In this document: positions 38,636 through 46,799 of the stretch, piece by piece | How the letters are laid out: every line of letters starts with the position of its first letter | Numbering within the stretch: the stretch's first letter is position 1 | NCBI GenBank assembly: GCA_035574315.1 | Contig: DATLYW010000012.1 | Span: 209,741 to 273,740, forward strand | Source of the DNA: Candidatus Zixiibacteriota bacterium | GTDB taxonomy: Bacteria > Desulfobacterota > Binatia > UBA9968 | Direction: 5' to 3' | DNA length: 64,000 nt | Program-made: the position numbers and the translations under genes | Notes under the pieces: generated by a model | The model's database searches: none | Told to the model about the DNA's origin: nothing | The model's input: only the letters and a program-made list of their open reading frames with translations

Positions 38636-38736
38636 ACCTGAGAAACGCTTCCCGGAGCGCCGCGCGTCGAAAGCTCAGAACGCCCGACAGCGAGCGCTGG
38701 ATACCACCGCAGGCGAGCGCCCGCGCTGCGGAGCTC

Positions 38737-39723
38737 CTAATTGCGCGGCACCTGCTTGAGCACCTCGGCGAGGATCTGATCGGCGGTGACGTTTTCCGCT
38801 TCCGCCTGAAAGTTGAGGATGACCCGGTGGCGCAGCGCCGGGTAGATCATTTTTTCGACGTCCGCGTAACTTACGTGAACACGGCCCTCCGCCAGCGCGT
38901 TGGCTTTGGCCCCCAGGATGATCGCCTGCGCTCCGCGCGGGCTCGAGCCGAACCGCAGATAATGTTTCACGGGGGCGGCGGACGGGCCTCCGTCCTGCCC
39001 GTTCGGCTGCGTCGCGTGCACCAGGCGCACCACGTAGTCCTCGATCGGCGGCGCGATCAGCACCTGGCGGACCAGCCGCTGCATTTCGTGGATCAGCTGG
39101 CCGCCGTCCTCCGGCAGGATCCTTCCCGTGGCCGGGATCTCGGCACCCGTCGTCCGTTTCAGGATCTCCCGCAGCTCGGCGGGCGAGGGCGGCAGGACCA
39201 GCAGCTTGAAGAAAAATCGATCGAGCTGCGCCTCCGGAAGAGGGTACGTTCCCTCCAGCTCGATCGGGTTTTGCGTCGCCAGCACCATGAACGGCGCCTC
39301 CAGGCCGTGCGATTCGCCGAAGACCGTGACCTGCTTTTCCTCCATCGCCTCGAGCACCGCCGACTGCGTCTTGGGCGTGGCCCGGTTGATCTCATCGGCG
39401 AGAACCACGTGGGCGAAGATCGGGCCGCGCTTGAAGTGGAACTCCCGCGCACCGTCGGTTTCCGAAAGCACCTGTGTGCCGACGATGTCCGACGGCATGA
39501 GGTCGGGGGTGAACTGGATACGCTTGAAGGAAACGCCAAGGGCGCTGCTCAGGGTTTTCACCAGCAGGGTTTTCCCCAGGCCGGGAACGCCTTCGAGAAG
39601 GACGTGGCCGCCGCTGAAAAAAGCGATCAGCACGTCGCGAATGACCTCCTCGTGGCCGACGATGACCTTGCGCACTTCGCGCTCCAGCTGGGCGAAAATC
39701 TCGCGAAACTGTTCCGGCTCCAT
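38737..39723 (-). CDS. moxR: MoxR family AAA+ ATPase
   Basis: GHVLLEGVPGLGKT, RIQFTPDLMPSDI.G, LADEINRATPKTQSA.LEAMEE, TQNPIE.EGTY.LPEAQLDRF. Confidence 0.95.
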   Translation of the reverse strand: MEPEQFREIFAQLEREVRKVIVGHEEVIRDVLIAFFSGGHVLLEGVPGLGKTLLVKTLSSALGVSFKRIQFTPDLMPSDIVGTQVLSETDGAREFHFKRGPIFAHVVLADEINRATPKTQSAVLEAMEEKQVTVFGESHGLEAPFMVLATQNPIELEGTYPLPEAQLDRFFFKLLVLPPSPAELREILKRTTGAEIPATGRILPEDGGQLIHEMQRLVRQVLIAPPIEDYVVRLVHATQPNGQDGGPSAAPVKHYLRFGSSPRGAQAIILGAKANALAEGRVHVSYADVEKMIYPALRHRVILNFQAEAENVTADQILAEVLKQVPRN

Positions 39724-39739
39724 CCGTTCCTTTCCCGTC

Positions 39740-41098
39740 TCAGCGGATCATTCCCCGGTATTCGAGCGGAATGTTCTGCTTCTCGCGCGGCGCGTCGGGA
39801 ACGTGCACCGGCAGCGGCGTGTTGCTCACCGGGACTCTGGGACGGGCCCTCTTCGCCGCCTTCCCCTCCCCCACGGACGCCGCTGCCGCGTCAGCCGTAA
39901 GCTCCTCCGGCAGCTGCACGGTCACGTAACCGGCGCCCTTGAGCCCCTGTTTTCCCTCTTCCCCCGGCTTGACGAAACGCTCGGCGGGCGGCGGGCCGGT
40001 CGGAATTTCCTCCGGCCGACTGCCGCCCATCCTTCCTTCCGTTCCCCCTTGCGCCTTGCCCGGCCTTTCTCCGCCTTCCTGCTTGCCTGGCTGGGGCTGA
40101 TTGCCGCCCTGAGATTTTGCCGGACCGCTGTTCTTCTCGCCTTCTCCCGGCGGCGGCGCCGTGTTGCCGCTCTTTCCCTGCTCGAGCGCCGAATTGCGCT
40201 GCGCCGCGATCTCGCCCTTGCCGTCCCCTCCCCCCTGCCTCGGCCCGCCCGGCCCCGGACCTTGCTCCTGGAGCTCGGTTCGGACCCCGCCGCCGCCCGG
40301 TTGCTGCGCGTTGCGCTGGCGCTCCGCCTGCTCCTCCAGCCCCTTGAGCGCGGCCGCAGTCTGACCCAGCAGGTTGCGCTCGTCCGACTGCCGTTCTTTC
40401 TGCCGCTGCTCCTCGACCTGCTCGCGCGTCTCGGCGGCCAGCTCGCGGCGTTCTTCAGCCGTGGCCCTCGGATCCTGAGCCTTCGCCGCAACGGCCCGCA
40501 CGCGCTCGGCGAGCCCGGCAAACCGCGGCTGGCGCGCCAATCGATCGGCGAGCTCGAGAAGCCGCTCAGGGGTGGACATCCTCGATTGCGCCAGGGGCAA
40601 AAAGAGATGGAGCAGCACAACCGCCAGCACGGAGCCGGCGGCGGCGGCCGGGAAAGAGCGCTTGATCCGGTAGGCGAAATCGCGCTTCAGATTCACGCTT
40701 GCGGCGAGCTGCGCCGCCTCGCTGCGCAAACGCTTCACGAGGGCACCGGAGACCGACGCGGGCTCGAGTGTGGCGAGCGTGAGGAAACGATCGGCCGCAT
40801 CCTTCCTTTGGTCGAGAAGCCGCGCGGCAAGGCCGGGTGTCGGCGCTCGCCGGCGAAAGCGTGCCACGGCGGCGGTCAGCGCCGCTCCAAGGACCGCTGC
40901 CGGCAGCAAGACCGCCGCAAGCGGCGGGATGCGCCCGTTGCGCCCGAGCACGGCCGCGATGTAGAGGGCCGCAAGCAACGGGGGACCCCAGGCCAGCGCC
41001 AGGTCCCCGAGGACCTGGCGGCGCAACCGCCTGTAAAGCCTTTCGATCAGCCGCTCCGGGGCGTCGCCGCCTCGCTGGGCGCCCGGGAAAATCCGCAT
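39740..41098 (-). CDS. Membrane-anchored coiled-coil / low-complexity protein (MoxR partner)
   Basis: Three hydrophobic segments, coiled coil, Gly/Gln/Glu/Lys-rich tail ending NIPLEYR; 16 bp upstream of moxR. Confidence 0.7.
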   Translation of the reverse strand: MRIFPGAQRGGDAPERLIERLYRRLRRQVLGDLALAWGPPLLAALYIAAVLGRNGRIPPLAAVLLPAAVLGAALTAAVARFRRRAPTPGLAARLLDQRKDAADRFLTLATLEPASVSGALVKRLRSEAAQLAASVNLKRDFAYRIKRSFPAAAAGSVLAVVLLHLFLPLAQSRMSTPERLLELADRLARQPRFAGLAERVRAVAAKAQDPRATAEERRELAAETREQVEEQRQKERQSDERNLLGQTAAALKGLEEQAERQRNAQQPGGGGVRTELQEQGPGPGGPRQGGGDGKGEIAAQRNSALEQGKSGNTAPPPGEGEKNSGPAKSQGGNQPQPGKQEGGERPGKAQGGTEGRMGGSRPEEIPTGPPPAERFVKPGEEGKQGLKGAGYVTVQLPEELTADAAAASVGEGKAAKRARPRVPVSNTPLPVHVPDAPREKQNIPLEYRGMIR

Positions 41099-41142
41099 GG
41101 CCGAAACTATAACACGTCGGGACCGGGCGATAAATCGCGCGC

Positions 41143-42192
41143 TCAGCGGCGGCGCACGAGATCCTTCTTCCCGCCGGAAGCGCTCTGCTTCGGCTGGAAG
41201 GTTTTCACCGCCTGGCTGTGCGCGTCGAGGGTTTCCGAAAACAGATGGGTGCCGTCGTTGCGCGAGACGAAGTAGAGATACGGCACGTCGGCCGGCTGTA
41301 AGGCCGCTCTCAGCGAGGCGAGCCCTGGATTGCAGATGGGCCCGGGCGGCAATCCGGGAATCCGGTAGGTGTTGTAAGGGCTCCGGCTCTGGAGGTCCTT
41401 GCGCGTGAGATTGCCGTTGAAGTCCTTGATGCCGTAGATCACCGTGGGGTCGCTCTGCAGCGGCATCTTCAGCCGCAGGCGGTTGTGAAATACGGCCGCG
41501 ATCAGCGGTCGCTCGGCGTCGATTCCCGTCTCCTTCTCGATGATCGAGGCGAGCGTCACCACCTCGTGGGCGGTGAGCGGTGTGGTCGCCGCTTCCCGGC
41601 GCACGAGCGAATCGAATGCTTTGCGGAATTGCTCGGACATCGCGACGATGATCTCGCGCTCGGAAAGCGACGGCGCGAAATGGTAGGTGCTCGGAAAAAG
41701 ATATCCTTCGATGCCCTTGTCGCGCAGCCCCAGGCTCGACAGCAGCTCGGGGTCGGCGGCCGCCTCCAGGAACTTTTCCTTGTCGACGATTCCCAGATTG
41801 GCCAGCAGCTCACCGATCTCTTCGACCGTGAGCCCTTCGGGGATCGTGACACGATGGTAGACGCCCTTGCCCGAGGCCAGCTGCCGCAGCACCTGGTGCG
41901 CCGACAGCGGCGTTTCGAAGCGATAAACGCCCCACTGGACCCGCTTTTCGAGTCCCGCAAGCCGCGCCCAAAGGGAAAACAGCCTCGCGTGGACGACGAT
42001 GCGCTGCTCGCTCAGCTTACGAACGATCGAGGAGAGCGGCTCCCCCTGTTCGATTCGGATTTCCGCGGTTCCGGGCGGCTGCCAGGGCGGGAGAAAGATC
42101 GCGGAGCCCGCCAGGGCCGCGGCCAAAAGAACCCCGCCGGCGAGCAAACCGACGGCGGTTCCGAGACGCTTCACGGCGAGACGTCGGCGCAC
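41143..42192 (-). CDS. mltG: Endolytic transglycosylase MltG (YceG)
   Basis: VTIPEGL, EGYLFPSTY, LASIIEKET, VFHNRL...M.LQSDPTVIYG, SPYNTY...GLPPGPICNPG, YLYFV. Confidence 0.95.
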   Translation of the reverse strand: MRRRLAVKRLGTAVGLLAGGVLLAAALAGSAIFLPPWQPPGTAEIRIEQGEPLSSIVRKLSEQRIVVHARLFSLWARLAGLEKRVQWGVYRFETPLSAHQVLRQLASGKGVYHRVTIPEGLTVEEIGELLANLGIVDKEKFLEAAADPELLSSLGLRDKGIEGYLFPSTYHFAPSLSEREIIVAMSEQFRKAFDSLVRREAATTPLTAHEVVTLASIIEKETGIDAERPLIAAVFHNRLRLKMPLQSDPTVIYGIKDFNGNLTRKDLQSRSPYNTYRIPGLPPGPICNPGLASLRAALQPADVPYLYFVSRNDGTHLFSETLDAHSQAVKTFQPKQSASGGKKDLVRRR

Positions 42193-42213
42193 CGGCTCGG
42201 AGCCGATGCGCGG

Positions 42214-42777
42214 CTAGTTCTGGGTGAGGTTGACCTTCATCCAGCCCTCGACCTGGCGGAGGAATCCGGCGAACGGATCTTCTCCCGGCTCGGGCGCAAA
42301 ATACGCTTTCCGGGCATAATCGAGCGCTCCGGAGTAATACTCGAATTTTTTGGAAAGCTCCTGGAAAAGAATGAAGCCGGTGCGGTACAGCGTCAGATCG
42401 AGCTCCGAGACCGTCCAGTACGAGCGCGTGCCTTCGCGGATGTAGTAATCGAGGTACCCCTGACCTTCGACGTGGCTGCGGAAGATGCCGCTCATGAAGA
42501 GCGCGTAATCCCCGATGTACTTGCGCAGCTCCCTGTGGCGCAGGATGTTGGTTTCGTCCGTGGCGTCGAGCGGGTTTTGCGACAGCATTTCGACCACGCT
42601 GTCCACTTTGCGTCCGCCGCGGCGAATGCGGTAGAGTTTGTCGGCGCGTGCAAAGTCGGTGAGGACGTCGGCGACGTAGCCCGCCACGGTCGCATCGTAG
42701 ATGCCGAGCTGCCAGAAGCTTTGCCGCACCATCTCCAGGAAGAACCGATGCAAGCGGTTGTCCGATTTCGTTTCCAT
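42214..42777 (-). CDS. Conserved hypothetical protein
   Basis: Helical protein with KYIGDYALFMSGIF...DYYI.EG...Y...LFQELS..FE; start at 42777 or 42789. Confidence 0.75.
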   Translation of the reverse strand: METKSDNRLHRFFLEMVRQSFWQLGIYDATVAGYVADVLTDFARADKLYRIRRGGRKVDSVVEMLSQNPLDATDETNILRHRELRKYIGDYALFMSGIFRSHVEGQGYLDYYIREGTRSYWTVSELDLTLYRTGFILFQELSKKFEYYSGALDYARKAYFAPEPGEDPFAGFLRQVEGWMKVNLTQN

Positions 42778-42992
42778 AGCTATGGCCATCATATCAAAGT
42801 TGACCGGGGATGGAAAGATTTTGACTTTCCGGCGCCGACCGGCCGCGAAATCGGCGCACCGGCGGGCGGCAACTCTCCGTCCCGCTCTCCTACGGGACTT
42901 TTGCGGTTGATCTCGCCCGGATACAGGAGACACATGAACAGGCATGAAGGGTCGGTACAATGGCAGCGCTCCGGCCTTGAACGGGGGGTTCT

Positions 42993-43514
42993 ATGGCAAG
43001 AGATCTCAAAGAGGATTTCTTTCGCCTCGATGGCGCCTGGGCTTCGTTCGAGCTGATGTCGATCCGCAAGCGCGAGGACTACCTCAAGCCCTTTCGCGTC
43101 CTCAGGTGCAAGATCGACGATCAGGTCGATTTTCAGGCTCCCGAACTGCTCCGCAACACCACCCAAGCGACGGTTCTGATCGAGATATTCGGGCAGGAAG
43201 AGCTGGTCGCCGCGACGGGGCGAGGCCCGGTGCACGCGGTGGACAGCGCGATGCGCAAGATCCTCGAAAAACACTACCCCCAGCTGGCCGAAGTCAAGCT
43301 CGAGGAATTCGACGTGCGGCTGCTCCACCACGGCGCGCTCGTCCGCGATGATGAGGAAGGGGGCGCGGGAGCGCTCGTCCGGGTTCTGGCGATCTTCTCC
43401 GACGATCAGGAGCGCTGGGGCACGGTGGGAGTGGCGGCCGACATTCTCCAGGCGAGCGTCGAGTGCATCATCGACGGCCTGGAGTGGAAGCTCCGGGGCG
43501 AGCAGAAGCACTGA
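42993..43514 (+). CDS. Stand-alone CimA/LeuA C-terminal allosteric domain protein
   Basis: ASFEL, QATV.I, GRGPVHAVD.A.RK.L...YP.LAEV.L..FDVR, VRVL..FSD...WGTVGV..DI..AS...I.DG.EWKL; no TIM-barrel domain. Confidence 0.8.
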   Translation: MARDLKEDFFRLDGAWASFELMSIRKREDYLKPFRVLRCKIDDQVDFQAPELLRNTTQATVLIEIFGQEELVAATGRGPVHAVDSAMRKILEKHYPQLAEVKLEEFDVRLLHHGALVRDDEEGGAGALVRVLAIFSDDQERWGTVGVAADILQASVECIIDGLEWKLRGEQKH

Positions 43515-43544
43515 CGCCGCAGATCGGCGCTCCGAAACGAGGTC

Positions 43545-45278
43545 TCAGCCGAGCGAGGTTTCGGAACGCGCCAACGAGGGCAGGTAGGCGTCGCGCAGGT
43601 ACTGCGCCATCATGCGCTGGGTATTGAAGAACGCTCCGTTGATGCTGATCGCGTAGCGCATGACCTCGGCGAACTCATCCGGCCGGTTGTAGAAGAGCGG
43701 CAAAATGACGTTTTCGAGCTTCGAGTAAAGGGAGCTCACCTCGGCCTGCGGGTCGTTCTCCGGGTCGTCCGGCTCCCCGATCGACCATCCGGTCACGCCC
43801 TCGATGTGTCCTTCGACCCACCAGCCGTCGAGCACGCTGAAGCTCGGCACGCCGTTGAGCGCCGCCTTCATACCGCTCGTCCCCGAAGCCTCCTGGGGTC
43901 GGAGCGGCGTGTTCAGCCACACGTCCACGCCGGAGCAGATCAGCTTGCCGAGGTTCATGTCGTAGTTCTCGAGGTAGACCACGCGCACGTCCGACGCCAG
44001 TGCGGCCGCCGCCTCGAAAATGCGCCGGATGATCGCCTTTCCGGCCTGGTCGCGCGGATGGGCCTTGCCGCCATAGATCAGCTGGAGCGGCCCCGAGCGG
44101 CGGGAGATCTGCTTGAGCCGCTCCAGGTCGGTGAACAGCAGATCGCCGCGTTTGTAGGCCGTGGCCCTGCGGGCGAAACCGATGGTGAAGACGGACTCGT
44201 CGAGCGCGGCCCCCGTCAACCACCGCACCTGTCGGAACAGCTCGCTCTTGGCGCGCGCATGCGTTTCCCGGATGTCGCGCAGCGGGATCCCGACGGCGTA
44301 ACGCAGATACCAGCTGTCGCTGCGCCACTGCGGGATGGTTCGATCGTAAAGCGCCGCGAACGGCGCCGACGTCCAGGTCCCTGCGTGAACGCCGTTGGTG
44401 ATCGCGCCGATGCGGTAGCCGGGAAACATTTTTCTCGAGACCTCGCCGTGGCGCATCGAAACGCCGTTGGCGAAGGAGGAAAGCCGCAGGGCCAGCTCCG
44501 TCATGTTGAGCGAGCCGTCGAGCAGCTGCATCCGCTTGAGCAGCTCCGCCCGCTCCTCTCCCAGCGCGTCCCGGACCAGCTCGTGCGAAAACCGGTCGTG
44601 CCCGGCCGGCACCGGGGTATGCGTGGTGAAAACGCATCGCTGCCGGACCGACTCGATCTCCCGCTCGCCGATCGCCTGCGGGACGCTGTTCCCGAACTGC
44701 TGTTCCAGCAACGCCATCGCAACGAAGGCCGAATGGCCCTCGTTCATGTGGTACAGGCGCACGTTGCTGTACCCCAGGGCACGGATCATCGCCACCCCCC
44801 CATAGCCCAGGACCACCTCCTGTCGCAGCCGGTAATGCTCGTCCCCCCCGTAGAGATGATCGGTCAGCGTGCGATCCCGCGGATCGTTTTCCTCAAGGCA
44901 CGTGTCGAGCAGGAGCAACGGAACCGTGTGGCCGGTCACCCCGCGAAACAGGTATCGCCAGGCGCGCACATACACTTCCCGCCCGTCGATCGAGATGGTC
45001 ACTTTGGGCTCCAGGGGCTCGAGATGGTCCTCCGGGTTCCAGTGGGACGGGCTTTCGAGCTGGTTGCCCTCGGAGTCGAGCCGCTGGTCGAAGTATCCTT
45101 TGCGGTGGAGGAGGGTTATGGCGACCATGGAGATGCCGATGTCGGCCGCGGAACGAAGCATGTCGCCGGCCAGAATCCCCAGACCTCCGCTATAGGTCGG
45201 AATCGAGGAATCGATGGCGACGTCCATCGAAAAGTAAGCAAAAGTCCCGAGGAGCCCGTCGAAAGTGGGCGGTTTCAT
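43545..45278 (-). CDS. glgP: Alpha-glucan (glycogen/starch) phosphorylase, short form
   Basis: YSGGLGILAGD, HMNEGH, FTTHTPVPAGHD, ITNGVH, FARR..AYKR, PLP-lysine motif EASGTSGMKA. Confidence 0.93.
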   Translation of the reverse strand: MKPPTFDGLLGTFAYFSMDVAIDSSIPTYSGGLGILAGDMLRSAADIGISMVAITLLHRKGYFDQRLDSEGNQLESPSHWNPEDHLEPLEPKVTISIDGREVYVRAWRYLFRGVTGHTVPLLLLDTCLEENDPRDRTLTDHLYGGDEHYRLRQEVVLGYGGVAMIRALGYSNVRLYHMNEGHSAFVAMALLEQQFGNSVPQAIGEREIESVRQRCVFTTHTPVPAGHDRFSHELVRDALGEERAELLKRMQLLDGSLNMTELALRLSSFANGVSMRHGEVSRKMFPGYRIGAITNGVHAGTWTSAPFAALYDRTIPQWRSDSWYLRYAVGIPLRDIRETHARAKSELFRQVRWLTGAALDESVFTIGFARRATAYKRGDLLFTDLERLKQISRRSGPLQLIYGGKAHPRDQAGKAIIRRIFEAAAALASDVRVVYLENYDMNLGKLICSGVDVWLNTPLRPQEASGTSGMKAALNGVPSFSVLDGWWVEGHIEGVTGWSIGEPDDPENDPQAEVSSLYSKLENVILPLFYNRPDEFAEVMRYAISINGAFFNTQRMMAQYLRDAYLPSLARSETSLG

Positions 45279-45478
45279 AATTCTGTTTGGCAACCGGGAG
45301 GCTTGGAGGAATTTTGAGCGGGCACTCTAAGGTTTTGATTTTCCTTGCTTTTCAAAACAGCGTAATTTTAGCATGGACGCACCCCGGCAGCAAATTCGCC
45401 ACTGGCCGTTTTACCCACGGCCATCGTCCCAAGTAAACGAAAAATGTCTGGAAATCGCCTCCTTGGCTGCTACCTGCG

Positions 45479-46231
45479 CTAGGAACGTCTGGGCGAGACG
45501 GCCTCTGAAACCCTGAGCGACGGCCGGCCTATGTGAATGTGCGCACCGGTGGCGGCTCCCGCGGCTGCATTGCGAAAAGCAACGAAGGGAATCCCGGACC
45601 GGCGCAGGTAAGCGATCAAAGAGCGCCCCTCCGGACTGTCCGGGTGCAGGGCCACGTCGAGAGCATCGCGGTGGTCGAACCTCAGCCGGTCGTGGGTCGG
45701 CGTCTGACCGCGCGCGCTCACCGGCAGGGGGCGGCCGAACGCGCGGGAAAAAAAATCCTCGATCTCGCGCGCGTCGGCGAGCGACCACCGTCCGGTTCCA
45801 TCGAACCGTATCGCGACCGCGCCGTTGTTTGCCGCGGGCACCTCTTGCGCCCGGCCGGCCAGCGCGGCTTCGGCCAGGGCATTTTCGTTCTCCCGTATCG
45901 AGCGCGCCAGCTCGGCGATCTTGCGATCGAGCTCCCGGAGCGCCTCGTCTGCATCCTCGACGTCGCGGCGCGCAATCAGCCCGCGCTCGTAGAACGAACG
46001 GCGTTTGCCGACCTCGACCGCGAGTCGCAAGTGCTCCCGCTCGTAGATCTCCATCAGCTCTCGCGAGCGGGCCAGGGTTTGCCGGATGCTGGCGAGCAGC
46101 TCCGCGCGGGCCTCTGCGGCGACCCCGGAGGTGCGACTGCCGGAGGACGCCGTTCCGGCCGAGCCGACCGGAAAAACGCCGGCGCAAAGCACGCAGGCCA
46201 TCAAAATCGAATCGCGGGTCCGGACTCTCAT
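45479..46231 (-). CDS. Secreted hypothetical protein: coiled coil plus possible Zn-peptidase-like C-domain
   Basis: Signal peptide, long amphipathic helix, C-terminal FDHRDALDV...GIPF.AFR...ATGAHIHIG. Confidence 0.75.
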   Translation of the reverse strand: MRVRTRDSILMACVLCAGVFPVGSAGTASSGSRTSGVAAEARAELLASIRQTLARSRELMEIYEREHLRLAVEVGKRRSFYERGLIARRDVEDADEALRELDRKIAELARSIRENENALAEAALAGRAQEVPAANNGAVAIRFDGTGRWSLADAREIEDFFSRAFGRPLPVSARGQTPTHDRLRFDHRDALDVALHPDSPEGRSLIAYLRRSGIPFVAFRNAAAGAATGAHIHIGRPSLRVSEAVSPRRS

Positions 46232-46300
46232 GCAGCGACCGACGAACGGCCAAGTCTAGGGGCTAATCGTCCCGGCGTCAAGCAATCGCCCGAACCTTTC

Positions 46301-46329
46301 TTGACAACCCGGGGTCCGGGCCCTAGGCT
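46301..46329 (+). promoter_or_regulatory. Sigma70-type promoter for hsp20-lon
   Basis: TTGACA (46301-46306), N17, TAGGCT (46324-46329). Confidence 0.7.
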
Positions 46330-46368
46330 GATCGCATTGGTGACGCTGAATCACGGAGACCTCCATCG

Positions 46369-46794
46369 ATGGCCGCATCCGAACGGGATGTCATGATCTG
46401 GCGCCGTGCCGCGGACCTGCTCCAGCAGGCCGAGCGCATCCATAGAAATTTTCTGCAGCTCGCAACCGCAGTCCAGTACCGGGCTCCCCAGGGCCGACTC
46501 ACCTCGTGGTCGCCGCCGGTCAACGTGGTCGAGACCGAAGAATCGCTCTGGGTCATGGCCGCCCTGCCCGGGGTGGCGGCGGAGCGGGTCGACATCCGGC
46601 TCGAAGGATGCGAGCTTCGCATCGCGGGCGAACGTCCGTTGCCGAAGTGCTGCCGGGACGGAGAGCTGAAGGTCTGGGAGGTGCCACTCGGCCGCTTCGA
46701 GCGGCGCCTCAGCCTGGTCCGACATCAGAATCCTCTGAAAATGGGAGAGATCGTCTTCCAGAACGGATTGCTGATCGTCGAGCTGAAAAAATAA
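46369..46794 (+). CDS. Hsp20/alpha-crystallin family small heat-shock protein
   Basis: W.PPVNVVETE, ALPGV, L.IAGER, GRFERRL, GLL.V.LKK. Confidence 0.88.
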   Translation: MAASERDVMIWRRAADLLQQAERIHRNFLQLATAVQYRAPQGRLTSWSPPVNVVETEESLWVMAALPGVAAERVDIRLEGCELRIAGERPLPKCCRDGELKVWEVPLGRFERRLSLVRHQNPLKMGEIVFQNGLLIVELKK

Positions 46795-46799
46795 AGGCC

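Noticed and set aside
42934-43056. 40-aa ORF with an AGGAGA RBS overlapping the start of the stand-alone LeuA-domain gene (possible leader or frameshift)
   Set aside because: The translation shows no similarity to the CimA linker, no Leu/Ile codon run typical of attenuators and no slippery site.
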